Assembly (NCBI GenBank): GCA_951406725.2
Contig: OX597819.1
Location: forward strand, 66,836,001 to 66,900,000
DNA length: 64,000 bases
Source of the DNA: Octopus vulgaris
Lineage: Eukaryota
Reading direction: 5' to 3'
The notes under the pieces: generated by a model
The model's database searches: none
What the model saw: the letters and a program-made list of their open reading frames with translations, nothing else
What the model was told of the DNA's origin: nothing
Position numbers and translations under genes: made by a program
In this document: positions 36,672 through 51,951 of the stretch, one piece after another
How the letters are laid out: each line of letters starts with the position of its first letter
Numbering within the stretch: position 1 is the stretch's first letter

Positions 36672-39600
36672 TCATGTGGTGTAGTGAGGAGAAGAGGGGG
36701 GAGAGAAGGGGAGGGGGAGGAGAAGGGGGGAGAGGAGAGGATGGGGAGAAGGAAGGGGATGAGGGGGATGAAGGAGGAAAGAGGGAGAGGGGGAGAGAGA
36801 AGGGGAGAGAGGGAGTGAGGGAGCAGAGGGAAGGGGAAGAGGGAGGGAGAAAGAGGGAAGAAGGGAAGGGGAGTAGGGGTGAAAGGATGAAGGACTGAAG
36901 AAGTAGGGGTGAAAGGATGAAGGACTGAAGAAGTAGGGGTCGGGGGGAGAAAGGATAGGTGAGGAGGGGGAAAGGGGGTTAGATGAGGAGGGGGGAGAGT
37001 TGAGACCAAATGGCGTATAAGAGCGAAGAGAGAAGATTAATTCCTGTTCACGGCGCAAACGGGAATCCGGATGGCCTCTGTGTAAGGACAAACCGAACAC
37101 AGATAGGTGTTGCAAGGAGTGACCGGTGGAGCGGAAATGGCGTGAGACCGGTGTGTCGTTCGCAAGGTGGATGTCACGAAGGTGTTCCGCGAACCGGTCA
37201 GCCAAGCGGCGTCCCGTTTGTCCGATGTACAAGGAATTGCAGAGAGAGCAAGAGATGCAATAGATAATATTGCTGGAGGTGCAGGTGAAGGAGTGGATGA
37301 TGGGATAGGGTCGATGGTGGGTGCTAGTGAGGCGGGTGGTGTTGGAGAGGTAAGGGCAAGTGCGGCAACGTGGGCGGGAGCAGGGGAACGAGCCGGGTTG
37401 GGAGGCAGGGTCAGGGAAGGAGCTATGGACCAAAAGGTCTCGAAGGTTGTGGGCTCGTTTGAAAGAGGGGAGGGGTCGGTTAGGGAAGAGGTGTAAAGTG
37501 GACGGGTCGGACTGGAGATGACGGAAAGCTCGAAGAATGGTGCGTTGGAGACGTAGGGTCGTGGGGTGGTAAGTGAGGGGAAAAGGGAGGCGGGAGACTA
37601 CAGGGCGGGTTCGGGGAGAGAGAGCAGATACACGGTCCACGGACCGTGCTCTGGCAAGGGCGGTGTGGATAGTGGTGAGGGGGTATCCACGTAGGGTGAA
37701 GTGGTGAGCCATACGTTGAGACTGAGTCTCAAAGTCATGGTCGTCACTACAGAGCCTACGTAGACGGAGGAATTGGGAATAGGGGATGGAAAGCTTGGTG
37801 TGTTCTGGGTGGGAGGAAGAGAAGTTGAGGTATGAGTGTGAGTCTGTGTGTTTGTAGTGAATGGAGGTGGTAAGAGTGGAGTGAAGAATGCTAACCGAAA
37901 TGTCGAGGAAGGAGACAGAGGTGTTGGAGATAGTGGAAGTGAAGTGGAGGGCTGGATGGAAAGATTGGACGAAAGAGAGGAAGGAATCTAGATGTTCGCG
38001 GGAGAGTGAGGTGGCACCGATAATGTCGTCAATATAACGACCATATAGTTCAGGAGTGGGACCAGTGAAATTAGAGAATATTTGGGCCTCAACATAGCCA
38101 ACGAACAGGTTCGCATAGTTGGGGCCCATTCGCGTTCCCATGGCCACTCCCGAGACCTGATGGTAGAACTCGCCCGCGAACGAGAAGCAGTTCAGAGTAA
38201 GGACAAGTTCGGCCAGACGAATGAGTGTGGAGGTGTCAGGTACAGGGTTAGAGCGGAGGTCAAGAAAGTGTCGAAGGGCCTGCAGTCCTTCGTGGTGAGG
38301 GATAACAGTATAGAGGCTTTGGATGTCCATAGTAAAAAGGATTTTGGAGGAGCCGGGAGGAAAGGAGAAAGAGTTGAAAAGCCGGAGAGCATGGTTGGTA
38401 TCGTGGATGTGGGAGGGAAGAGATGCCACTAGGGGGGCAAGGACACGGTCGAGGTATTTAGAGATGAGCTCCGTGGGGCAGTTACAGGCGGAGACGATGG
38501 GGCGGCCAGGGTTGTTGGGTTTGTGGATTTTGGGGAGGAAGTAAATGGTGGGGGTACGTGGGGTTCGCACAATTAGGTTGGATGCGGTGCGGGGGAGACG
38601 GGAGGACGAGATGAGGTCTTGGACAGTAGAGGATACCGTCTGTTGGTAGCTACGTGTGGGGTTAGAGGGCAGAGGGGAATAGAAGGAGGTGTCATTGAGT
38701 TGGCGGAAAGCCTCGGCCCTATAGAGGTCCGCGCGCCACACCACTACAGCTCCACCCTTGTCAGCCGGTTTGATGATAATGTCAGCGCGCCGTTGGAGGG
38801 AACGAAGAGCCAAGAGCTCAGCCGGGGAGATGTTGAGGCGGCGTTGGCGCCTGGAGAAGTTGAACCGCTCCAATGCACGCTGACAAGCGCCCGCGAAAAG
38901 ATCCACTGCTAGGATCTGGCCAGGGGCAGGCGTCCACGGGGATGGTCGGCGGCCCAGGCCAGTGAAGCAGTCGTCCTCTTCGTTGGGTGTGGGTGGCGAG
39001 TCGTGGTAATGCGCACCCAACCGGACACGGCGCACAAAGCTGTGGACATCAACTCGCGTCTGGAATTCCTTACAGGATGGAGTGAGGGGGATGAAACGCA
39101 GACCCCTACCAAGGACGGAGCGTTCAGCCGCAGAGAGGGGAAGATCGGGGGGAATGGTAACAACAGACGGAAGTGGAGAAGGGGTGGATGGAATAGAAGT
39201 AGGAGGGGTGGTAGGTCTCGGGGAGGTCTGAGGGGGAGGGATTGGAGAGGTGTGTGTGGGGTGGTTGGGCGGGGCAGTAGGGTTAGGTGTAGGTGGATGG
39301 AGCCTAACGGGAGGGGAGAAGGGGTTGTAGGGAGGGGCAGTGGGGTTAGGTGTGGGTGGATGGAGCCTATCGGGAGGGGAGAAGGGTGGTGGAGGAGTTG
39401 GGGTAGTGGCGTCGGGTAGGGTGGAATGGAAGAGTGATTGGAGTTTACGAAGTTTGGTATCAGAAAGAAATTGATGGAAGAGTTGATTCAAATGGATAAT
39501 GAAGCGTAGCGTGTTTGGAGCATAGAGAGGCGGCAGAGAGGAGAAGAAGGTGGAGAAAGCAGGAGGAAGAAGGCGGTTGATGGCATGTAGTTTGGAGAGA

Positions 39601-39887
39601 TTGGAGCGAATGGTGGCCCTCATAAGGCGGTAAGATGTGGTGCGGAGTATGGGTAAGATGGAAGAATCCGAGTGGAGAGCAGGGTGGAAGTGGAGGCGGA
39701 AACCTTTAGGGATGAGTCGGTGATGTAGGCAGCGGCTTAGGAAAGAGACATGGCTAGAGAAGCGGGTTTTTTTAAAAAGAAGTAGAGAGAGATTAACGGA
39801 CGGCTGAAGGCAATATACAGGAAGCGAACGTAGATGATCCTTCAAACGGTGATGGAGGGTGAGGAGGTAGGACCTAGGATCCGGCAT
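36672..39887 (-). CDS. PLE reverse transcriptase / GIY-YIG endonuclease (first ATG at 39887)
   Basis: IKPADKGG, YFLPKIHK, GRPIVS, TMDIQSLYT, GVAMG, RYIDD, FLD; Cys linker CSRPRCRTC; NIIYCISC...YIGQTGR...RFAEH...EQELI...PFGLN. Confidence 0.95.
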   Translation of the reverse strand: MPDPRSYLLTLHHRLKDHLRSLPVYCLQPSVNLSLLLFKKTRFSSHVSFLSRCLHHRLIPKGFRLHFHPALHSDSSILPILRTTSYRLMRATIRSNLSKLHAINRLLPPAFSTFFSSLPPLYAPNTLRFIIHLNQLFHQFLSDTKLRKLQSLFHSTLPDATTPTPPPPFSPPDRLHPPTPNPTAPPYNPFSPPVRLHPPTPNPTAPPNHPTHTSPIPPPQTSPRPTTPPTSIPSTPSPLPSVVTIPPDLPLSAAERSVLGRGLRFIPLTPSCKEFQTRVDVHSFVRRVRLGAHYHDSPPTPNEEDDCFTGLGRRPSPWTPAPGQILAVDLFAGACQRALERFNFSRRQRRLNISPAELLALRSLQRRADIIIKPADKGGAVVVWRADLYRAEAFRQLNDTSFYSPLPSNPTRSYQQTVSSTVQDLISSSRLPRTASNLIVRTPRTPTIYFLPKIHKPNNPGRPIVSACNCPTELISKYLDRVLAPLVASLPSHIHDTNHALRLFNSFSFPPGSSKILFTMDIQSLYTVIPHHEGLQALRHFLDLRSNPVPDTSTLIRLAELVLTLNCFSFAGEFYHQVSGVAMGTRMGPNYANLFVGYVEAQIFSNFTGPTPELYGRYIDDIIGATSLSREHLDSFLSFVQSFHPALHFTSTISNTSVSFLDISVSILHSTLTTSIHYKHTDSHSYLNFSSSHPEHTKLSIPYSQFLRLRRLCSDDHDFETQSQRMAHHFTLRGYPLTTIHTALARARSVDRVSALSPRTRPVVSRLPFPLTYHPTTLRLQRTILRAFRHLQSDPSTLHLFPNRPLPSFKRAHNLRDLLVHSSFPDPASQPGSFPCSRPRCRTCPYLSNTTRLTSTHHRPYPIIHSFTCTSSNIIYCISCSLCNSLYIGQTGRRLADRFAEHLRDIHLANDTPVSRHFRSTGHSLQHLSVFGLSLHRGHPDSRLRREQELIFSLRSYTPFGLNSPPSSSNPLSPSSPILSPPDPYFFSPSSFHPYFFSPSSFHPYSPSLLPSFSLPLPLPSAPSLPLSPSLSPSPSFLLHPPHPLPSPHPLLSPLLLPLPFSPPSSPHYTT

Positions 39888-40899
39888 GATGGGATAGCGG
39901 AAAAAAAACGTTCGAAAAAACAAAAAAAACAAAAAACAAAAATTATCGTATGAAAAAAAATAGAAAAAAGGGGAAAAAACAAACGTTCAAAAAAACAAAA
40001 AATAATAATCGTATGAAAAAACTAGATAAGTAAGCGATAGGGGCAGAAAAGACGGGGCAAACGGAAAAGGGAAAGAAAGAAGGGAAAGAAAGAGAGAGGG
40101 GGAGGCAAAAAAAGGGGGGTGCAGGCAGAGGAAACGGAGTATGGACATCCAGAGAGGGAAGAAAGACGGAAAGGAGAACAAAAATTCAGGAAAATGTGGG
40201 AAGCATGAAATGAATGTAAAAAAAGTGGTAATATAAGAAGAAATAAAAATACAACAAACGGGACAGTTTATGCGAACAAGTTCAAGGTGAGAAATGTGTA
40301 GACGTCGTGGTATATTTTTTAAGGATTTCACATCAATGCAAAGTCACTTTGATCCGCGAAAGAGAGGTGCAGCCAATGGTAAGTATCCAAGAGGTAAAGA
40401 AAATCCAAGGTAGAGGTAAGTGTTGATAGTGGTATTGGTAGAATATAGGATGAAAGTGAGACCACGTGAGCGCATAATATATAACGGGAAGCTTTATGAA
40501 AATAAACAAAAGACGAAGGCAGGTGGAAAACAAACGAACATACATGTATATATGTATATGTACGTAAAATTACAGACATATAAATATTATATGTGCGTGC
40601 GTGTGTCTGTGTGTTTGTGTCTCTATGCATGCATATCTTATTTAATAAAACAGAATACATTACTTATGTGCGATAGGAAGCCACACGAGGTCGTTATAGC
40701 ATGTGGGCAGTGTCTGATGATTGTGCCAGGACACCAGACGTGATAGAAACACTGTTTCGCATGCTCTCAGCACATGAAACTAATAGAAGCGCATAAATAT
40801 ATATATTGCGTTTTAAAAATAATATCAACTCCTCAATAAATTGGGTACTTTGTTGTTGAACTTACCATCACGGAATAGTACACTGTATATCTATATCTA

Positions 40900-41465
<566 letters not shown>

Positions 41466-41584
41466 TAATTTATATATATATATCGATGCACAGATCATAA
41501 CGCCCGGTGTTTTTTTGAGTGGTAGGTCCCATTATCCACCAGAGGCTGCGCGCTTGCCGGATCCATCTAACCATCCCCGGGTGC

Positions 41585-41634
<50 letters not shown>

Positions 41635-42213
41635 TTCCACCCAGGTTGGCTTTGTCTTTCATCCTATCGCGGTCGATTAATTAAGTACCAGTATTTCAAG
41701 GTAGCGATGTAATGACTTAGTCGCTCCCCCAATATTTCTAGCGGTATGCCAAAATTCAGAATCATTGTTAGAAATCCTACACGACGGCGAGCTTACCGAG
41801 TCTGTAGCACGCCCAGATATGCTTAGCGACTTTTTGTATTTCTTTAGGTTCTGATTTAAAATTTCGAAAATATCAACTTTCCTTTCATCCCTTTGGGAGT
41901 CGATAAATTAAGAACCAATTGAGAATAGGAGTTTATTTAATCGATTTACCGTCCCCCTCCCAAGAGCTTAATGTGTGCCAAAATTGGAAAGAAAAATAAT
42001 GAATTCTTAGTGACGTCTATGTTGAGAAAATATATAGAGTTCGATTCTCTTGTTCGATTGTTCGCGGATTGTTTACCCTAGTCTAACGTTATGATATTTT
42101 CGATATTAGCAGCATTTATGGTTGTCTCATAGGCTCAAAATAGTGTAATCATTTCTGGAGGTGATTATATCATACACTTTTGCATAAAATGGGTCCGGCA
42201 AAATATATAGTAA

Positions 42214-42848
42214 CTAGCAGTATCGCCCGGCGTTGCTCGGATTTGTAAGGGAAATAACTATATAAGCATTTTTAGAGAGTTATAGCCAAAAAATAGCAAA
42301 AAATGCATTAAAAATGGAAAAAATATGATGGTAAATTTTTTTTTAAATCGTTGACTCATCGTAGACATTTTTAGAGAGTTACTTCCCTTATATAATAGCG
42401 AAAAAATGCATTAAAATGGAAAAAATCGATGGTAAATTTTTTTTAAATCGTAGACTCATGTAGACGCTTTCTTAGCCATTTCTGTTTTGGTGTCTTGAAG
42501 CCATGAAGTCGTTGTTCTAAAAGAACACTGGTCTCCTTGACAACGCATTACGACGTTGATTTCCTTACACTCCCTTCCCCACAGGTGCAGATGTGAGCGT
42601 GGACGCCAACTCCGCCGCCATCGACACACGAAAAATTATGCATTAAAATGGAATAAAAAATAATGTTAAATTATTTTTAAAATCGTAGACTCATCGTAGA
42701 CGCGCGCTAATATTCAGACGGGCTCGATATGAATCACGACTATAAGCTACCCGAATTTGGTTAAACTGTACCGCAAAATGTGGGAGTAGTTAGGAATCTA
42801 AATCGAAGGGGACAGACACTCACACAACTACAGTTTTATATATATAGA
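42214..42848 (-). mobile_element. non-autonomous Helitron (635 bp)
   Basis: Minus strand starts A/TCTATATATATAAAAC and ends with hairpin CCGAGCAACGCCGGG-CGATACTG-CTAG/T; internal direct repeats; no TSD. Confidence 0.85.
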
Positions 42849-42869
42849 TATACATAGCGCAGTAGTGGT

Positions 42870-43225
42870 GAGATATGACAGCAAAGAAAAGCATACATTC
42901 ACTCTCTGCATGCAATTAGACTCGGAAAGTTCGTGAGGAACCCATTGACCCAATTTGCTGACTTTTCCGATAGCACGCAGGTGTCAATGAATGGTTGAAT
43001 GACCAAATCCAAGCTTCTCTGCTAGTTCCTCAACAGTTACGATGATATTTTGTTCCACCAGGGTTTTCAGGATGTCCTTGTCGAGTTCTACAGATCTTTC
43101 AGGATGAGGCTCGTCTTCTAGGCTGTAGTTTATGGCTCGGGATTTCTGGAACCACCATTGACACTGCCTTACGCTTATTGTCCAATCCCCATATACTGCA
43201 TTAATATTTCTTGTACTTTGCACAC
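42870..43225 (-). pseudogene. mariner transposase N-terminal (HTH) fragment
   Basis: RNINAVYG...WFQK...SLEDEP...TVEELAEKLG...STIH*HL...LGQWVPHELS. Confidence 0.85.
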
Positions 43226-43994
43226 ATTTATATTCTGTTATTCTTTTATATGTTTCAGCCTTGAGGTTGTGGCCATGCTGGATCATGTGTGTGTGTGTGT
43301 CTATCTGTCTGTCTGTCTGTATGTATATATGTATATGTATGTGTGTGAACAATAATATTTTCAACAGATGTGTTGCAAATGTATCTGATTGTTCTCAAGC
43401 TTCAATACTGTGTGTGTGTGTATGTGTGTGTGTGTATGTATGTATGTATATGTATGTATGTATGTATGTATGTATATGTATGTATGTGTGTGTATGTATG
43501 TGTGTGTGTATGTGTGTGTGTGTATGTATGTATGTATGTATGTATGTATGTATGTATGTATGTATGTATGAGTGTATGTTTACTTTATTACTAATTACTC
43601 TCTTCCAAGAACATTTTCACTCACTCTTAGCTCTTCCCATACATTTTACTCATGTATCTATCATCGTCATAGACAGAATACTTTCACTTTAGTCTTCCTC
43701 AAATCACTCTGTCCGCTATTTACTTTCATTTTATTCGTTGCCCACTGTGTGTGTGCGTTTGCGTGTGGTGTAAACCAGACTAAGAAAAGCATTTGACACA
43801 CACACCAGAATGTGAGTTTTCTGTAAATTTTGCTTAATTGGAGTTTAAATTTTAAAAACTGGACCTGGCATGACGCGATGCATTGTACTCTTAAAAATGC
43901 CAGGTAAATTGTAATTGAAGAAATCCTATATTGTAGATTTGTATAACTCCCAAAGGGAGGCAGATAAAATCTGCCTTTTATAATAAGAGATATA

Positions 43995-44187
43995 CAGTTC
44001 TATATTTAAGAGATAGGGAATTATGTACATTATTCACAATATTTACATTACTTACATTTGACGGATATTTGTCGTTATCTTGTTTGTTGTCTATACAACG
44101 TTTCTGCTGATATATCCTAGAAACTTCATCAGGTGTCTTGAAGAAATTTGGAACTTGGGTTTTCATTCCTAAGGTATTTTACGATGA
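43995..44187 (-). mobile_element. GACAC-family hammerhead element, left arm
   Basis: Homologous to 18775-18875; hammerhead at 44092-44137 with decayed stem II. Confidence 0.7.
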
Positions 44188-44193
44188 TATTGA

Positions 44194-46546
<2,353 letters not shown>

Positions 46547-46692
46547 ACATCGAAAAATACCTTAGTATTGAGAACCCCTGTTCGAAATTTCCCCAAGACA
46601 TCTGATAAAGGCTGGAGGGTATATCAGCCGAAACGCTGTTTTAACAACACACGAGAAGAAAACAAATATCCAAATGTAAATCATGTAAATAG
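46547..46692 (+). mobile_element. GACAC-family hammerhead element, right arm
   Basis: Inverted homologue of 44050-44187; hammerhead at 46597-46642 with intact stem II GGCTG/CAGCC and mutated core CTGATAA. Confidence 0.7.
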
Positions 46693-47506
46693 TAATATGT
46701 CCATCCAGTTTAGTTTCACTTAAGACATATCACTGCAATTTCCAGAGATCTAACTTCCTCATAATATCATAGCATGCCATTCATATATTGGTTTCAAATT
46801 TTGGAACAAGGCCAGTGTTCAACTCGTATTATTATATTGACTCTGAAAGGACGAAAATGAAAGTCGACCTCGGCGGAATTTGAACTCAGAACGTAAAGTC
46901 ACACGAAAATCTACAAAGTATTGTACACCGCATGCTTACGATTCAGTCAGCTTGCCGACTTATACCAGTCATATATAGATATAAAAATGAAACTTTTCCT
47001 CCATTGCTGTATGTAATACTGAGCCAATCAATATCTGTTATACTTAATCATTTTTGCAACATTACTACTTATCAAATTCGTTCCTCACGTTACAAGAATT
47101 TTTCATTCTTTAATTTGATTACTGCTGCTGCGAATAATTCTTTTTCCTCTTTTCACCACGAAGAGAGGTGATGCCAATGTCATGTCAATTTACTGGGCCT
47201 CTGAGACTGGTGGAAGTGAGTGTGGAAGGTATCGCAACACGAGAGACTAGGATCATATACTTTCAACAGAATGGATCTAGTAATGTCAGATATGGCACTA
47301 TGTGATTGCGTAAAAATTGGCAACAGATTAACTGACGTTCCATAAAATATATTACATTGTGAGTGGATTTGGTAGACGGAAACTGAAAGAGTCAAGTAGT
47401 ATATGTGTGTGTTTTTGTGTGTGTGTATGTATCTATCTGTCTGTCTATCTGTATATCTCTGTATCTATCCTTCTATCTATCTACCTATCTATCTATCTAT
47501 CTATAT

Positions 47507-47622
<116 letters not shown>

Positions 47623-47808
47623 TTGAGTAGTTGAATGAATTATCTTGTTATGGATAATTCGGTTAACCGATACCTGGGTAGCAAATTCACATCAGAGAAG
47701 ACATGTTTGAAGTTACGTGCTTTCGTGTGGAAATTTGTATGTTTTTTTTTTTTAAATATAAATATATGAAAGAATGGAGCTGAACGACGAATTAACAAAA
47801 TTCCTTTA

Positions 47809-47889
47809 TTTTCGACATGTTTCGAAGGCTGCATATTCCTAATTGTAAAGGAATAAGGAGTATATTATGCCGCTTTCTCATCAGAAAAA
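47809..47889 (-). ncRNA. type-I hammerhead (left arm)
   Basis: TTTTT-CTGATGA-GAAAGCGGCATA...TATGCAGCCTTC-GAAA-CATG-TC/GAAAA. Confidence 0.75.
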
Positions 47890-48039
47890 GCAAGGAATTT
47901 ATGTCAACAACAAGATGCACAAAAAACTTTTAGATGACTGCTCACACGGAGCCCATAGTGATAAACATTATCATGGGCTCCGTGTGAGCAGTCATCTAAA
48001 AGTTTTTTGTGCATCTTGTTGTTGACATAAGTTCCTTGC

Positions 48040-48121
48040 TTTTCCTGATGAGAAAGCGGCATAATATACTCCTATTCCTTCACAATTCGGAATATGCAGC
48101 CTTCGAAACATATGTCGAAAA
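48040..48121 (+). ncRNA. type-I hammerhead (right arm), canonical
   Basis: TTTTC-CTGATGA-GAAAGCGGCATA...TATGCAGCCTTC-GAAA-CATATG-TC/GAAAA; GUC triplet, cleavage predicted after C48116. Confidence 0.85.
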
Positions 48122-48206
48122 TAAAGGAATTTTGTTAATTCGTCGTTCAACTCCATTCTTTCATATATTTACACAAATATATATATATACATATATGCAT
48201 AAATAA

Positions 48207-48257
<51 letters not shown>

Positions 48258-48294
48258 GATGTATGTATGTATGTATGTATGTATATGTATAGCT

Positions 48295-49800
48295 GGTGAA
48301 AGATAAATATTATTTACTATATGTTCTTACGTGCTACTATTAGTTTTATGCGCTGAGCACTGCACACTCATCAGACACTGTCAACGTGGTATAATGAGGT
48401 AAAAGTGGGACGATAGGATGAGAGAAAAAGCGAGAAAGGAGAGAAAGAAGTAGATATAAAAGGTAGAAGGCTGAAAAACGGGAAACAAACGCGAAAATAG
48501 AGAGAAGAGAAAGCGGGAATTCGATCTTTCTCTCGACCTGAACTCCTCCCTCATAAACCTTACCATAAGCCCAACGAGAACTTTTCTATATACATAAACA
48601 TACTTGTCACCCTGTTGTGTTTAAAAACCTGATAGCTAACATTAGGAACAGAGTACCAAACTTCTCTTTAAATATATTTTCCAGAAATTAGATCCCTACT
48701 ACAATAATGCTTTAAACAATAGTGGCATTAAGGTTAGGTTAATATATAACCTTTCAAATAGTAACCGGAATAATAATAATAGATGTAAAAATAGATTTAG
48801 GAAAATAATTTGGTTTGCTCCCCACCCTTTTTCCTTTAAATAAAAAAACTAATATGTTTAAAAGATTGCTGTCTCTCCTAGACAAACATTTTCAGAGAAA
48901 CACGGGTAGAGGAAAATCTGTAACAGTCATTCAGTGAAATTATCATATAGCTGCTGACCCAATATGTAAAGCGTCATTACGAGGGAACAACAACATGGGC
49001 CCACTCACAATTGTAACAGTCAAGATCCAGGAATCTGTTCACTTGAATAGTTATGTGTGATTAAGTCCGGCAAATGTTACAGCAATACTTGTTGATGACA
49101 CAACCGATAAGAAGAGCTATATCGGACTATTTGAAAGCGAATTCAAAAATTGCTATGCTAATCACATATCTCCCTTCCGACACATTAACAAAAATAAAGA
49201 TACTGCGATGGCTAGCCACGTATGGGGTTTGAAGTAGAACGCCATACCAATACGATAGAGTGGAAAATAGTTGAAAAGTCCACATGATATATTAACATAT
49301 CCACATATGTTAATGAAAAAAGACAAAAAAAGCATATGTGAGCTATGCGTAGCAGAAAGGACTCTGACCCTTTCAGATCTAAAAAATCTGACACACTACT
49401 GAATTCTAGATCCGAAACATTTCAGCGGTTGTTACCGTATGGCTAAGTTGCTGTTAACAAATTGAAAAGTACCACCCACTGCGGATCTCACAACTCTAAG
49501 CCATTATCTTTTCAGCGTTTATGGTCTCAGGGGAAATAACTCTAATTCTCTCTTTTTGCTTCTTCCTGCTTTCTATTTTGTTTTCCAGTTTTTCAACCTT
49601 CCACTTTTAAAGTCTACTTCTTTCTCGCCTTTTCTCGCTATTTCTCTCATCCTACCATCCCATTTTTAGTTCGTTATATCATGTGAGCAGAGTCTGATGA
49701 TTGTGCAAATTCACAAGACATTTTATAAAAGTACTGTTCAGCATGGTCTGAGCACAAGAAAATAACAGTAACACATAAAAACAAATATTGTGTTTATTAA
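48295..49800 (+). mobile_element. decayed 5'-truncated PLE (probably Naiad-like) with inverted pLTR
   Basis: 48535-49465 gives KPYHKPNE, YNNALNNSG, RKIIWFAP, LLDKHF, KLSYSC, SYIGL..EFK..YANH..FRH, EWKIV, CELC, LLNSRSE; 48300-48520 is an inverted copy of 49545-49780; hammerheads at 49690-49774 (+) and 48311-48378 (-, decayed). Confidence 0.8.
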
Positions 49801-49841
49801 ATAATATATATATTTGTGTGTGTGTGTGTATAACGAGAGAA

Positions 49842-49902
<61 letters not shown>

Positions 49903-50647
49903 TGTCAAGTAATCTTCATAACAGGATAGAGGTCTTCTCCGAGCCATATACACTCGTAATATTGCCGGATTTTCTGTCATATATATTCCCTACTGGTCTG
50001 CCGCACGAATACTCTTTCTTGCCAGCTAACTAAACTGGAGCAACGTGAAATAAAGTGTTTTGCTCAAGAACACAATGCGTCGTTAAGTCCTGGAATCGAA
50101 ACCACAATTTTATGATCATGTGTCTAACGCCGTAACTTCTAAGGAAGTAATCTATATGTGACTCCTATCAGTATAATAAATGCTGAAGTAGAGTATTTAG
50201 TAAGCACATAGATTAATTCATTGAAATAATCTCTCCATACGACCCAGAGGATAAATTATTTGTTAAGTAGTTAAATCAAATCAGGTGGGATTTCATTATT
50301 TGTTTCTAATGCAGATGAACCGTCGTACCTTCCGCGGATTATGTGGATTTTGTCGCTTGAGATCCGAAGCTTGATAGTGGAAGAAATGTAATTTAGTTAA
50401 AAAGACGTCAACCTCAAACACTTTAGCTGGTTCTTCGATATTATGTAATTGCTGTACTAGCGATTATTTGATTAAAATAGTGTTGACATAATATATTGAA
50501 GAAATATAGTTATTCCTTTAACCTACGTAAAATAAAAGAATCCTATATAAACGCTTGCTTCAAACAATTTTGTTTCTATAAGCTTGACTTAGAGAGGGAT
50601 TTTAGTGATATTATATCAAAGGTTGGAAGTTTAAAAAGAAATGCATA

Positions 50648-51888
50648 CGATATTTTCTGAAGGGAGATCTGTAAAAGGAACGAGTCAGTAAAATGCCTTT
50701 TTAGTATTCAGTTAGCTATTTATAAGTTCTGACTTCAAACCTGCCAAGGTCAGAAATGTCTTTGTTCCCCATAAAGTAAGCTGAAATCAGAAACAGTCAT
50801 AATTTATTTATTGAGAGTACCTTTGCCACACTGTGAAACAAAAGAAAATTAATATTTACTTATCGTGCAAGAGAAAAGCGAAGTAATACGATAAAATCAC
50901 GGTTTGATGTCACAACGACACTGTTTATATATAAACTGGTAAAGAATTCGTCTAGAATATCTTTCTTATTCCACAATCTCCAGAACTTTCCATTACACAG
51001 CTAATGCTTTTATGGAAGTTGTGGACGGCACAAGTTCCAATTTCATGGTTAATGATATGTTTGAAGTCTTGCTTCCCAGATCTTTCTATGTCTCGATTTC
51101 TCTTCCTCACAACCACAATATGGAGATTTCGTGCATATTGAAACTGTAACTAATAAATTATATGGTGATAGAAGTTTATTGCTGCTAGCTTTGCAATTGC
51201 AGAAATTAAAGCGATGGAAGGGAATGAGATATTTATAATAGAGTAGCATAGAGTAATTATTCAATATTCTGGATATATATGCTGATTTTGACGGTTAGTG
51301 TTCTTGCTTTGTATTACCAAGTTAAATGTGTCCATCTCTCAGAATCAATAGGGCATTGGTTAGATATCTTCTATCATTTGTTTTAGTATTCGTTTCAGTT
51401 GCGGCCATGTTGGAGCACTTCAGTGGAATATTTTAATCGATCGATCGACATCACTATTAATTTGTTTTAAAATCTAGTATTTATTCTATCGCTTCTCTTT
51501 CTCTGAACCACTAAGTTACGGGGAGGAGAACAAAGCAATGATGGTTACCAAGTGATAGGCAAATACAGATACAAAGGCAAAGACACACACGCATATATAT
51601 ATATATATATATATATATACGATGGGCTTCTACACAGTTTCCGTATACTACATTCATTCACAAGGCATTGGGTGGCAAGAAGCTGTAGTAGAACACGTTT
51701 TCTCAAGGTGCCATGCTTCTTACGGTCTTAGACATGCCTGCACCTGGGAAATCTTGTGAAATTTGTTGTAGCGATTTGGGTTCAAATGGAGATGCGGTTT
51801 ATTTGCATTGATTACTTTCAGGGTTTCGGGGTAGGTAATTAAAAATATAGTCAAAGATTAGGCTTTGTTTCTTATCTATCACTCTCAC

Positions 51889-51951
<63 letters not shown>

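Larger units (their letters stand above)
35986..40540 (-). mobile_element. full-length Penelope-like retroelement (Neptune-type)
   Basis: Identical 61-bp direct repeats at 35986-36046 and 40480-40540; TSD-like ACATACATGTATA at 35977-35989 and 40538-40550 (overlaps the termini); intact RT+GIY-YIG ORF; hammerhead-like motif in the 3' pLTR. Confidence 0.92.
47623..48171. mobile_element. Penelope-type foldback palindrome (~200-bp arms from 47759, centre ~47967)
   Basis: Near-perfect inverted repeat with a 3-nt loop; a hammerhead in each arm; both ends at (TA)n. Confidence 0.8.
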
